64,000 nt of DNA from Eledone cirrhosa. Lineage: Eukaryota. Both the position numbers and the translations under genes were made by a program. Below the pieces are notes generated by a model, which made no database searches, had not been told where the DNA came from, and worked only from the letters and a program-made list of their open reading frames with translations. Position 1 is the first letter of the stretch; every line of letters begins with the position of its first letter. The stretch is from NCBI GenBank assembly GCA_964016885.1, contig OZ024742.1, positions 356,128,001 to 356,192,000 of the forward strand, written 5' to 3'. Shown here piece by piece: positions 27,050 to 39,699 of this stretch.

Positions 27050-29448
27050 ATCATCATCATCACCGTTTTACGTCCATTCTTCCATGCTAGCATGGGTTAG
27101 ACGGGTTCTCCTGTTGTGGGCAGTGTCTGGTCAGCTGACCATGCCTTGCTCATACAGGAACTGATTTGGCTTGATTTTTACAGCTGGATGCCCTTCCTAA
27201 CACCAACCTCATTTACAGTGAGTGCTGGGTGCATTTTCGTGGCGCCTACACGTCCATTTTACAGTGTGGGCTGGGTGCTTTTTTTTGTCGTGGCACCTCC
27301 ACGACCACCTTGCAGTGGGGGGTGTGGGGGCATATTGTCTATATGCTTCAGCTTGTACCCATGGGAGGTCGGGTACTCTGCATTACTGCGTGATGCCAGA
27401 GGTCACGGTCGTGTGTCATCGCCTTTGAGAGGTGTAATTGGGTAAGGTCGGCTTTTATCACCTCATCCTGGTTCATCTTGGGTCTACCCACTCCGCGACT
27501 CCATCGACTTCTAGTGCTCTGCACCTTTTTATGCAGCTGTCATCCTTCATACGCATCACATGTCCATACCAACGCATCAGCCTCTCCTATACACAGCATT
27601 TGATTCCTCTTATGCTCAGTCTCTCTCTCAATTCATTTATGCTTTGTCGTTCACGTATATTACTATTACACATCCATCGGAGCATGCAGGCTTCGTTTCT
27701 CTCTAATCTACGTAAGTCTTCCACCTTCAGTGCCCAGGTCTCGCTACCATGTAACATTGCTGTTCGGATACACGCATCATACAGTCTGCCTTTCATTTTG
27801 AGGGAGAAGCCTTTTGCAGCTAGCAGCGGTAGTAGTTCCCTGAACTTCTTCCATCCCGTTCTTACCCTAGTTATTGTACTTTCTGAACACCCACCTCCGC
27901 TTCTAATTCGGTCACCTAGGTAGCAGAAGCTGTCTACTGTCTCTACAGAGCCCTCCCAGAGATTGGTGGTACTTGTTTCCTGTGGCTGTTTGCTGCTTGC
28001 TGTCCCAGTACAGCTGCTGCATGTGAAGCCTACATTCTTAATTAAGCTTCCTGAGATCCCGCTACATCTCTTGTGTACCCATTGTTTGCATTTGGGGCAG
28101 AGAATGGAGTTCCTACATACACCTTTCCTACATACTGACCAAGGCCATTTCCCTGGGGGGGATCTGGGTTCTGTTTTCTCGTCTACTTACAAGGACCTTA
28201 GTCTTTGTCATGTTGACTTTGAGACCCTTTCTTTCTAGTCCCTGCTTCCAAGTTTGGAATTTATTCTCTAGTTCTACCATAGATTCAGCTATAAGTGCGA
28301 GGTCATCAGCATACAGGAGTTCCCATGGGCATCCGGTCTTAAACTCCTCCGTTATTGCCTGCAGGACTATAATGAACAGGAGAAGGCTAAGAACAGAACC
28401 CTGGTGGACCCCAAACTGTACGCTAAATTCGTCATTATGCTCATTGCTAATCTTAACTTTGCTGACTGCTCCCCTATACATGGCTGGTACCGCTTTCACA
28501 AGCCATTCATCTACTCCTAGTTTTCTAAGAGCCCACCAGATTACAGCACGTGGAACTCTGTCAAAGGCTTTCTCGAGATCGACGAATGCCAGGTAGAGTG
28601 GCTTACTTTTAGCTAGGTACTTTTCCTGTAACTGCCTCACCAGGAAGAGGGCATCAGTGGTGCCTCTTCCTGGTACAAACCCAAATTGCATCTCATCTAG
28701 TTTCACCCGGTCCCTATTCAACTGTGCTATAACTCTTTCTGTTACTTTCATGACCTGGTCCATCTGCTTTATACCTCTATAGTTTCCTCTATCGAGTGCA
28801 TCCCCTTTACCTTTGTAGCAGTTGACAATGATGCTACTGCACCAATCTTTTGGTATGACACCTTTTAGTATTACCTGGTTAACAATACGTGTGGTTATAG
28901 TGTGACCTACAGACCCAGATGCCTTCAGCATCTCGGCAGTTATACCCGATGGACCGGTTGCCTTCCCCATCTTCATATCTTTGATTGCCTTACATACTAC
29001 GCTGCTGCTGACTTGTACTGCTGGCCCCTCTATAGGGTCTACTTGGGGTAGGGTCTCTCCTTCCCATGCATTCTCTTCATTTAGTAATCTATCATAATGA
29101 CTCTTCCATGCATCTTTCTTCTCAGCACTTGTGAGGGCAAGCTCACCTTTATCATTCCGGATACACTTCTCTCCAATGACATCGCAATTCTCTCTGGCAC
29201 ACTGCCTCACGATCTTGAACACCTCCTGTTTCTGGTCCTCACGTTGCAAAACATGCTTGAATTTTCTATCCTCTGCCTCCCTCCTAGCTAAGTATACTTG
29301 TCGCCTAGCTTCCCTCTTGGTCTCTATGTAACGTACCCTGCTCCCCCCCCCCCCGTTCTTCCATTCTTTCCATGCCTGTCTCTTGGCCTTAACTTCCTCA
29401 TCTACCTTATTGTTCTACCACCAAGTCACTCTCCTCCTGCTTGTGGTC
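27050..29448 (-). mobile_element. RTE-clade LINE, subfamily A, 5'-truncated
   Basis: ORF 28128-29249 has RT motifs (FVDLEKAFD, GVHQGSVLS, LYADD), with a frameshift near 28155 and a (CAT)n tail at 27050. Very similar to 55001-57363. Confidence 0.95.
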
Positions 29449-30439
29449 TTATAATAATGTAAAGGTAGTAGGTAAACAATTTGAATAATATAAAAAATTG
29501 AATATTTGCAATAATACAGAAAACTGTTCGTTTTAAACTTGAATAAAATGAAAAAAAGAAATGAATTTGTCAGTGAGTAGTATAAACATTTCATGAGGAA
29601 ATATTCTGGCATATGAAGTGTAAACTTGTACTCGAACGAAATATGAAAATCTCCTAGAACACTATCATTGATGGCTTCAAATTATTATTTCTCTAAACAA
29701 ATATTCTGATCTCTCCATTAATCAATTCTATTGACTAAATGTGTGATGGAGAATTTTTATATAATTTTTCATTTGGTTGTCATATAGCATTATTTTATAC
29801 ATTTAAAAGCATAACTAATTCAATGTATTGTCATTCTGAGATGTGTTTTTGACCTTGTATGATCTAGCAGCCTCCATCTTTATTCTATATTTCTTTATGC
29901 AAAAATACTACAATACTTTCAACTGTCTAAACAGTAATCTGTTTAACCCTTTATCAATCCTCAATCACATTATATTTCCTACTGATTATTTATATATCAG
30001 TTATTTCTTAAGTCAAATATGGTCAGATCACACACATATGTAATATGTTACACTTAAATACTTTGATCAACTGAGATTATTCATGCAATTTGTAAATAAA
30101 AACTCTCTCCAGGAGAGTTTAAAACCTTAAATAGATAGTCAAGATAGAGAACTCTAATAAGATCTTCTTCACCCACTTATTCCTGAGAGGGTCTTAGGCT
30201 TAAGAGTCCTCAAACTCCTTCCAGCAGGTCCTGTCAGAAGCAACCATCTCCAACTGATCCAGCTGAATCACCAAGCGAGACCAGCCATTTTATCCAACCA
30301 TGTATGGAGCAACAGTATTCCTCTTGCATATGGATTTTACATTTTAAAAATTCCTGAAAGAAGTTTTTGCCTTCACATTAAAAATTCTCGTTTAATTGAA
30401 GCTTTTCAACTAACCATATTTCATATGCAACAATCTAGG

Positions 30440-30860
30440 GCTGGTGCCATAACAAAAACATTCAGTCCACTCTGTACAATTGTGCCACAACAAAAAACAC
30501 CCAATCCACTCTAATTGTACTGCTAGTGTCGTAACAAAAAACACCCAGTCCACTCTAATTGTACTGCTGGTGCCATAATAAAAACACCGTCCACTCAGTA
30601 CAATTGTACTGCTCATGCTACAACAAAAAACACCCAATCCACTCTAATTGTACTGCTAGTGTCGTAACAAAAAACACCCAGTCCACTCTGTACAGTTGTA
30701 CTGCTAGTGCCACAATAAAAAACATTCAGTCCATGGCACATATCATAAAGATGTGGGCATTGGACCTGTTTGTTTTTATAATGGAACAGCTTATCTAACC
30801 GATGCAAATAAGGAAATAGACATTAAACAGTAGTGATGATGATAATGATGATGATGATGA
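30440..30860 (+). repeat. ~48-bp minisatellite derived from the RTE 3' UTR, ending in (GAT)n
   Basis: About six units of 'gtactgctagtg.c.taacaaaaaacacccagtccactctaatt', then gacattaaacag and (gat)n. Confidence 0.75.
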
Positions 30861-30881
30861 TCACTCCCCTGTTGATATCTA

Positions 30882-31103
30882 TTAACCCTTTAGTTACCAA
30901 TCTTGTCAAAACTAGTTTTGGTTTGATGAAATAAAACCACCCATTTTAAATGTTTCCAATTTGAATTAAAATCTTCCAACAGAATTTCATATAAGAACCT
31001 TACATTAGTAATGAAATATTTAATAATTTTAGTAAATCATTTTAAATTCTTCCTTAATTAAGATAGAGTATATTTCATTAGAATACGGTCCTGAAAGAGT
31101 TAA
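30882..31103. mobile_element. piggyBac-type MITE (family 2)
   Basis: ttaa-ccctttag ... ctgaaagag-ttaa. Confidence 0.6.
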
Positions 31104-31194
31104 GTTTGTTGACGAACAGGCAGTTCTGTCATTATCCTGAATGTAACCCTATAGAAGATCACAATTCATTAATTAAGACAATTGTAACTTATCT

Positions 31195-31410
31195 TTTTCC
31201 ATGTTACATGTTTGTATACATATTTTCATGCTACCACATGTATGTATATAATTCCATGCTCCCACATGTTTGTATATAATTCCATGCTCCCACTTATTTG
31301 TACATATTTCCATACAACAACATGTATATATATATTTCCATATTACCATATGACTGTATACATTTCCATACTACCACCTGTATATATATATATATATTTC
31401 CATACAGTTG
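31195..31410. repeat. ~30-bp degenerate minisatellite
   Basis: Repeated 'ttccatgctaccacatgtttgtatatata' units. Confidence 0.75.
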
Positions 31411-31754
31411 CCCATGCACACCAGTCTCCCCTCTCCATACCACTAATGCTGTCCAAGTGAAAGGCAATGTTCAACACAGCTTGACACCAGTGATATTGCA
31501 ATTCATTTCTACAGCTGAGTAAACTGGAGTAACATGAAATAAAGTGTCTTGCTCCAGGACACAAAGCATCACCCAGTCCAGGAATTGAACTCATGATATC
31601 AGACAACTCGAACTGCTAAACCCAGTACCTTCACAAATCAAATATGTACAAGCATATATACACAATATTGGATGGCTTGTGACTTCCATGTGTTCCTACA
31701 CCATTTATTGGATTTTTGCTTGTCAAAGATAAAAATGAAAGGAAGATTGTATGA

Positions 31755-32475
31755 TGTGTGTAAACAAACAGCAATGTTACATGGTAGTGAGACCTGGGCG
31801 TTGTATATTTAAGACTTGCATAGATTAGAAAGAAACGAAGCTTGCATGCTCCGATGGATGTGTAATAGTAATATACGCGAATGGCAAGCATAAACGAATT
31901 GAGAGACTGAGCATAAGAGGAATCAAATGCTGTGTGCAGGAGAGGAGGTTGCATTGGTATGGACATGTGATGCGTATGAAGGATGACAGCTGCATAAAAA
32001 GGGGCATAGCACTAGAAGTCGATGGAAGCTGCGGAGTGGGGAGACTCAAGAAGACCTGGGATGAGGTGATAAAAGCCGACCTTGCCCAATTACACCTCTC
32101 AAGGGTGATGACACAGGACCATGACCTCTGGCTTCACACAGTAATACAGAAGACCCAACTTCCCACGGGTATAAGCCAAAGCTGAAGCATATAGACAATA
32201 TACCCCCCCCCCACACACACTGCAAAGTGGTCGTGGAGGTGCCATGGCAAAAAAGCACCCAACCCACACTGTAAAGTGGACACGTAGCTGCCATAAAACA
32301 AAGCAGGCAGCACTCACTGTAAATGAGGTTGGTGTTAGGAAAGGCATCCAGCTGTAGAAATCAAGCCAGAATCAGTTCCTATGTTAGCAAGACAAGGTAA
32401 GCCGACCAGACACTGCCCACAACAGGACAACCTGTCTAACCCATGCTAGCGTGGAAGAATGGATGTAAAACGAAT
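31755..32475 (+). mobile_element. RTE-clade LINE subfamily A, 3' fragment
   Basis: QERRLHWYGHVMRMKDDSCIK and a 3' UTR matching 56600-57340. Confidence 0.9.
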
Positions 32476-33654
32476 GGGTGTAACAGAATGGATGAAAGAA
32501 GAGGCTGTTGAAAAACCTCCCTCTTCAACAATCTGACATAGTTGGGTCGTCAGTTTAGAAGCCAATGAATTGATCATGCAACAATTTGTACTATGATACA
32601 TGTTACCAGTAGAGCTCCAGAGCAATCTAACACAGACCCTAAAGCTTACCCCTTTTATTACCAGATTTTAAATGAAATAATCTGTCTGTGAATTAGTTAA
32701 TTTTGAATATTTGTAGAAGTTATTGAGATTATAAAATTTTTCATTAGTAAGCTAATGATGGAAACATTACTTTACAAACATTTCTTAAATAAAATTATGA
32801 TGGAATGTTTTAATATCTGTATGTTCAATTTAAAATGAGCATAAAACCAAGGCAGTTTCACCAGTTTATTATCAAGAGTTAAACTTATTAATTGCATATA
32901 TAAATAACCTCTTTAACTGTTATTACTAATCACATATAATTCCATCTAATACAGATGATATTTCCCTTCATAGATCAAACTAATGTTAATGTGTCATCTA
33001 CATGCAACTGAAATTGCTTCCCACATAGATTATAATTCTTATATGGAAAGAGATTGGAAAACATTCTGAAATTAAAGCTTAGTTTTATTCAGCAGCATCA
33101 AGTCACACAATTGTGAATATTCATAACCAGCCAAACCGGGGTTCCTCCGAAGTGTTTTTGGAGTAATATTCCTCATTAGAGTGTATAGCTTAGAGATAAG
33201 AGAGTCACTCTAAGTAGAGCCACTACTTCTCTGTATTGAGAGATCACAGTTCTGATATTACAGGCACGTGGTTAGAATGTATCAAGAATTATTCGACAGA
33301 TTTTACAGGCAAAACCAACTGGCAGAAGACCCAGGGGTAGACTCAGGGGTAGACCCCGGGCAATATGGTTAGATAAGATCTATGAGCTTGACTGGTCTCA
33401 CTTGGGATCCTGCTTAATGAATTGAAAATGGTTGCTTTTTACAGAACCTGATGGAAGAAGTATTCGCAACTCTGCCACACACGACTCTCTTGGCAATAAT
33501 TAGGTGAAGACGAATAACATCAAGTCACACACAGGCAATATTTAGAGAACACAGCTATTACAATAACGTCTTTTCTATCCAGATACACAGCTAGTGTCTT
33601 CATACTCTCTATAAATGTAATCTTTGATGTACTAAGTTAGCATTACATTTATAA

Positions 33655-33845
33655 TGAAGGCAGTAAACTGGCAGTATCAGTGGAAGGTTGAACCCAAATG
33701 CTTTTCTCTATTCTGAGTTTAAATACCACAATGGTCAACTTTGCCTCTCATCCTTCTGGGGTCGAGAAAATAAAGTATCAATTAAATATTGTCATAATTG
33801 ACTTTCCCCTTTTTCTTAATTGCTGGACTTGTGCTAATACTAGAA
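33655..33845 (+). mobile_element. Degenerate Nin/Deu-domain SINE
   Basis: ctggcagtatcag..ctgagtttaaat..ctttgcctctcatccttctggggtcgagaaaataaagtatc. Confidence 0.65.
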
Positions 33846-34044
33846 AGAACTAGATTTATAGCAGTCAAAGCTGTGTTTTTTTTTATATTGTCACAAAAGG
33901 TGACAGTTGGTGACACTTTAGAATGCAGAAATATGCCTCATAATATAATATTTCACACTCTATTTTCTTCCTCTCTTTGTTTTACCCAAACTAAAAATGT
34001 CTAAATTCTTCTGAACTACTTAGTAATATACTCTCCAATTCCAA

Positions 34045-34263
34045 GCCATTTAAACTGGCCATATCCAGCCAGAATTCTCTCACATCTTTCTGTTCAAACC
34101 GGCTGTAACTGGCCACTCATACTGACATTAATGTATTGTTCTAAAAATAGATAACACCAAAATCTTGTAGATTCGATATTATGTGAGATAATTATGTAAG
34201 ATAAAGCCTTTACCACAAAAATACAATAGTATATATAGAGTAATGTAAATGCCAAAGGGTTAA
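34045..34263. mobile_element. piggyBac-type MITE (family 1), second copy
   Basis: Homologous to 434-651; ends gccaaagggttaa. Confidence 0.65.
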
Positions 34264-34703
34264 TAAGAACAGCCAAATTATCAGCCATGATATTTTAGTA
34301 GTCACAATAAGATCAGCTGATTGATTGGTCTCATCATTTGTCCTAATTTATAAACAAATTGCTGTGCAATCTCCTCACCAATCAGAGATCATTTGTCATG
34401 AGATCTATGATGTGTATGATCACTAGAAAATTGAAGGACTGCTGCAATAAGTGTGTGAATCTGAGAGGGTAATATATTGAATACAATAAAATTAACTGAT
34501 CCTCCTGTATTTTCTTTTACCCAAAGCCAGTAACATTGCAGCACGTTCTAGTATGTGTGTGTATATATACGCACGCACATATATATATATATATTTAGAA
34601 TATTCGGAAGTGACACACGAATCGATATATATAATAGTAAAAGCTACTAATGGGATTTTCTCATGGAATAACAGCAAAACATTTATTTACAAAAAAGGAA
34701 TTT

Positions 34704-34743
34704 ATTGTACTGGTTTCAGCCACGTGGGCTTCTTCATGCTACG
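34704..34743 (-). ncRNA. Degenerate minimal hammerhead-like motif
   Basis: Minus strand: c(a)TGAAGA-agcc cacgt ggct-GAAAC-ca-GTA-caataaa. Stem I is weak. Confidence 0.4.
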
Positions 34744-35230
34744 GAAGTGTATAATAACATTTATAATGGAGTTAAGATGTATATTAATAAGAAAATCGTT
34801 TAAAATAACATGGTATATGTACACATACATACATGCATGCATATATACATACATACATACATGGTGGCTGCCAACTCGTTTTCGAGTACGGCCACTACTT
34901 TATATCCATGTAAGAGAACCCCTACCGATACGCTGAACGAGTGTGACGTTTTAGTCCAGCCAGCGACTTGAACACTCTGGTACAAACACTACACTTGTGA
35001 CAATTATTGACACATAGTGCTGGGCTCATGTTACCATATGACAAGTGTAGAGAGACCTCCAGATATAAAGCAATGCCTGTGCCGTGAAGCTTTTATAGTG
35101 AGCAAAGGCACATACATACATACATACATACATACATACATACGAGAGAGAGGTTCACATTTTTGTTTATTGCTTTCTCTCCTTCTTGGTAGTGTAGACT
35201 ATAACTGCTGCAGTTATAAATATATAATAT

Positions 35231-36030
35231 ACTAGCAGCAGTACCCAGCGTTGCCTGGGTATTTAAAATGTCTTCTTTGATGAAAAGGTGTTGATCTTAG
35301 CGACTGCTTCTCGATGACTCATCTATGGCCACACACAGGCCATGCGGGGGAGGGTGGTGATGACCCCTATCACTAAGAAACTCACGTTACTGACGAAGGG
35401 GCATGCTGGGAGAGGGAGTTTTGAATTTGAACGAAATCGGTTGAAAAATGTGGGAGCTAGAGGCGGAAATTGGAGCGAAAAGGTGCTATTTTCGAATATT
35501 TAAGCGGCAGCCCCGCCGTTCCTGAACAAAAAATCCAAAATTTAAAGCCACCTTAAGACGTAAAATAATCAGATCGAGCGTAGTGTAAAATTTGAAGAAA
35601 GTAGGTTGATTAATGTGGGTGCTAGAGCAGAAAATGTGGAAATTTGAGTCTAAAAGTGGTATTTTTTAATATTTAAGCGGCTGCCACGCTGTCCCTGAAC
35701 AACAAATGCAGAATATAAAGCCATTACAAGATGTCTAATTATACATTCTATTTTGCTTTAAAGTTTGAATGAAATCAGTGCCAAAATGTGGGAGCTAGAG
35801 CCAAAAGTCTTATTTTTCGATACCTAAAAAAAGGTGACCCCCCCCCCCCCTATCGATTTTTATCTGCAAAATGATCCCGGAATATAAAAAAATGGTACGC
35901 TGATATACAGAAAACATTCCCCGATGACTAACCTATGAGCCTGTAAAGTTTCATGAAAATCGGTCGTCTGATGTAGGCCCCTATAGGTAACACACGCACG
36001 CACGTACGTATGTATGTACGTGTGTGTGTG
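35231..36030 (-). mobile_element. Non-autonomous Helitron-like element with internal ~170-bp tandem repeats
   Basis: The minus-strand 3' end has hairpin tacccag-gcaacg-ctgggta followed by CTAG|T. The motif accgattttcatgaaactt and a microsatellite lie near the other end. About 2.4 repeat units at 35420-35830. Confidence 0.7.
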
Positions 36031-36701
36031 TATTTTGGTTGACGTACGTTTAGCGAACATATGTGTATTTACCTGTAGGTATGTGTGTACGTGCGTTATA
36101 TACGTATTTAAGTGTGTATATTTATATACGTTTATATAATTATATGTATACACGCACACACATATATATATATATATAGTAATAATAATAATAAATGTGA
36201 AGACTAAAATGCAAAGAGAGCTCGATGAGGATAAATACATATCAAATATATAAGAACCCTAAAGCAATTATTTAATAAAATAACAGATTAAATTTTAAGC
36301 AAATAATCACTGCTTTCACACTTAATGGGATCTTCTGAAACATATTTACAAATATGTACATACGTACGTACATACATACATATTTGTAAATATGTTTCAG
36401 AAGATCCCATTAAGTGTGAAAGCAGTGATTATTTGCTTAAAATTTAATCTGTTATTTTATTAAATAATTGCTTTAGGGTTCTTATATATTTGATATGTAT
36501 TTATCCTCATCGAGCTCTCTTTGGATTTTAGTCTTCCATTTATTATTATTACTATATATATGTGTGTGTTTGTGCGCGCGTATACATATAATTATATAAA
36601 CGTATATAAATATACACACTTAAATACGTATATAGCGCACGTACACACATACCTACAGGTAAATACACATATGGTCGCTAAACTTACGTCGACCAAAACA
36701 C
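36028..36701. repeat. ~330-bp-arm inverted repeat (hairpin) at the 3' end of a Penelope-like element
   Basis: 36028-36358 is the reverse complement of 36377-36701, with a ~18-nt (CATA/CGTA) loop. Confidence 0.93.
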
Positions 36702-37650
36702 AAAGTAGACATATACACACCCTACATACGTTCAAACCCGCATACTCGCACAAACGCAAAATACACGTGTACACATAACCATATATACACATGTACCAGT
36801 ATATATAATATAATATATACACCTATAACAAATACAAGCAAATATACGTACGAGAAAGTATACGTACCTTCACAAAACATACAGGTATTATATACTTAGC
36901 TATACAAATAAGTAATGGTATTAACATAAAATATACTTAGCTACCATATCAAGACGTAAATTATCCGCGTATAGTTCGTTCTATCCGTTAGGGTATAAGG
37001 TGGGGCTGTAATACAGGAAAGTTTTGTGCAATTTATGTTTACAAGCCGAAATTGCCTCAGATTTTTTTGTTTAAGATGTGGTCATTGGCGTAGAGTATTT
37101 CCAGGGCTTCAGCGGCGCAGAGGTCGCATGGTCTTTCATTTCCGTTATACGATCTAGCCCTAGCTACTTTCTCCCAGTGTAACCTATATTGGGTGTGGTT
37201 GTCTTTTAGACTCCAGATATAAGGTGAAAGTGACGTCATATTCCTTCTTAAAGGGTTAAGAAAAGAATTGGTGTGCATGTAAAGACGCTGCTTGAATCTA
37301 CTGGCGGTTAAGCCTATATAGGCACTACGGGGCGTGGATGTTTCAACCTTACATTTGTAGACAATGTTACTGGAGAGGCATTTCCCGGACAGGGGGCAGT
37401 CAACCCGATTCCTACAATTACAGTTAGTTCTAGCTTCAGAGTTGCACGTGTTTCTACAGGGAACGTCTCCACGAACTAAAGTATCGTCTTCCTGTTTTCC
37501 TTCGGTTGCAACGTTTTTCGAAATATTTACTTCTGCGTTCACAGATTGATTTTTTTTTTAGTTTCAGAAGATCCCGTTAAGGGTGAAAGCAGCGATTTTT
37601 TTTTTTTTTTTTTTTTTTTTTTCGCTTAAACATTAATCTGTTATTTTAAT
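36377..37650 (-). mobile_element. Penelope-like element remnant (GIY-YIG plus 3' UTR, partial tandem)
   Basis: GIY-YIG ORF at 37057-37542. 37561-37650 is a direct repeat of ~36394-36460, as expected for a pLTR partial tandem. Confidence 0.8.
37057..37542 (-). pseudogene. GIY-YIG endonuclease domain of a Penelope-like element (partial)
   Basis: CNCRNRVDCPLSGKC, IVYKC, YIGLTASRFKQR..H, TSLS.YIW.LK, CDLC..E, LNKK. Confidence 0.87.
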
Positions 37651-38696
37651 ATAGATATATATATATATATTTTTATAAATATATATTTATATATAAATTG
37701 GAGTATGTGTTGGTTGTTTTCCGAGACTTTAGTATGCAGGTTAGAGCACTCAACAAAGTGCGCAGGTGGCTCTGTTTACTCCAGAGTAATTTAAAAACAA
37801 GTGTAATTCAACAGATTAAAATTAACTTTGTTTATTCATATTCACTGCAATATATATTTCGGTGATAACCATTATTCAACAGATATGATTTCATGAGGCA
37901 GCTAGAAATTGAACAGAAATAAATAGGAAAACATGATGGTAGATCAAATTTTACCTTGTTATTTAGTTGATCTGTCGAGTTCCGAAGTGTGTTGTTGTTT
38001 TCTCAAAGAAATGTTGGCATATCAATTAGAATGAACGAATTCAAGCATCCAAAGGCTATACCATCGTCTCATTGGTCAGATACTATCTTAACACTCCAGT
38101 ACCAAATCTATTGAGTTTCTTATGTTGGTTGTCCTTGAAACAGGTCGGCCTACTATGGTTGTTTTTAACAACCAGCTATAACTGTATGTACTTAGAAAAT
38201 AGGTGTGTTCTGGTCTAGGTCACCTAATTGTCCTTAATGGCAGTGGTGTAAACAGGCCAAACGGTAGTATTGTAATTACTAGTGAAGAATTCATGTATGT
38301 AACCTGATATGGGTTCATCTGGAAGTGTGAATACTTGTCCATATCAAGAGTCCTGATAGTAAGACATGTTAGAATTATAACTGTAGGTGTTTAAACTTAT
38401 ACGTGTTAAACATTATAATCCATATTGTAAACATTTAGTACACACCTGCAAACACACATCTACATACCTCCACACGGACACACAAATATATACATACATG
38501 CACACATATATATATACATACACATATATCTATACATACACAAACATCCACACATAAACATATCTATGTACACATACAGACACACACATGTATACGTACA
38601 CACTTACACACACATGTACCCTTTACAGGGGTGGACAAAGAAATAATAGGTACGTCTTATTTACCTATCATATATATATTTATATATATTTATTTA

Positions 38697-38733
<37 letters not shown>

Positions 38734-38778
38734 ACAACACAAGGATGATTTGTTAAGCCTTCATTACATGTATTGATT

Positions 38779-38863
38779 GGTTACGCGGGTTTCGCTATTG
38801 ATCAGCTCAAGGTTTGATCTGTATCGATCAAGCCCGTCTCTGGGATCAAAAGCATATCGGACC
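38779..38863 (-). ncRNA. Degenerate type I hammerhead-like motif with branched stem II
   Basis: Minus strand: ggt-CCGAT-A-t-gcttttgatc...gatcaatagc-GAAAC-ccgc-GTA-acc, next to a (TA)n run. Confidence 0.5.
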
Positions 38864-39699
38864 TCTGCTGTTGTAATGACCGGATATGAGGGGGTGGGGG
38901 TTCTTAGATGTTCCTGGAGTTAAAGGTATCACTGAAAGGTGTTTGGAGGCCCAACTTTCTAAGTTCTTTAAGGCCAGTGCAATAAGTGTGTGAATCTAAA
39001 AGAGGAATATGTTACATAAAATTATAATTAATCGATCCTCCTCTATTTTCTTATACCAAGAGCCACCCTCACATATACATAAATATGTTAGTTTCTTGGT
39101 TTTATATGTATTTAATCTCATTTTCTGTATCATTCTACCTTTTGCTTTAAATTTGATCTCTGATATAGCAACTTTATTCTGAAATACAAAATGTTAAATA
39201 TGGATATTGTTTAAATATATTAGGATTGCTATGAAGTTAATTTTAATGAATTTTCTTTTGAAATCGCCTATGTCTATGGGGAATATGTTTGAATATTATT
39301 CCTATTTCATCGTGTAAAGTAGTGAAGTTGGCTTGAGGGAGATAAGTTTATGCAATGTATATCACAAACCACCTGTTTGCCAAATTTTATAGTGAATTAT
39401 GGAAATTACAAATCATAGATTTCTGTATTATTGCTTATGAAATTGCCAAGCAATAGAACAAAAATGTCAAAAAATAAAATAATGCCCTGTAATACACATA
39501 AAATCATATTTCTATTAAATACACATCTGCTAGTAATTTGTTGTCTTAACTCAGTAAAATTGATTCTTCACAAGATATAGGCTTTATACACTTTGATGTC
39601 GATCACTATCAAGTTGCAGTGGATTGAAAGTCATTAGAGCTTCAGACAATGTGGTTTGCAGCATAGTTATTTCCCTTTACGTTATGAGTTATATATAGA

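Noticed and set aside
30440-30740. Regularly spaced repeats that look superficially CRISPR-like
   Set aside because: The units are contiguous, with no unique spacers and no cas genes. This is a eukaryotic minisatellite related to the RTE 3' UTR.
37952-38385. Possible minus-strand exon with acceptor cctacag and donor AAG|gtaaaa
   Set aside because: The frame I translated has many stops and no recognisable protein. A non-coding exon cannot be excluded.
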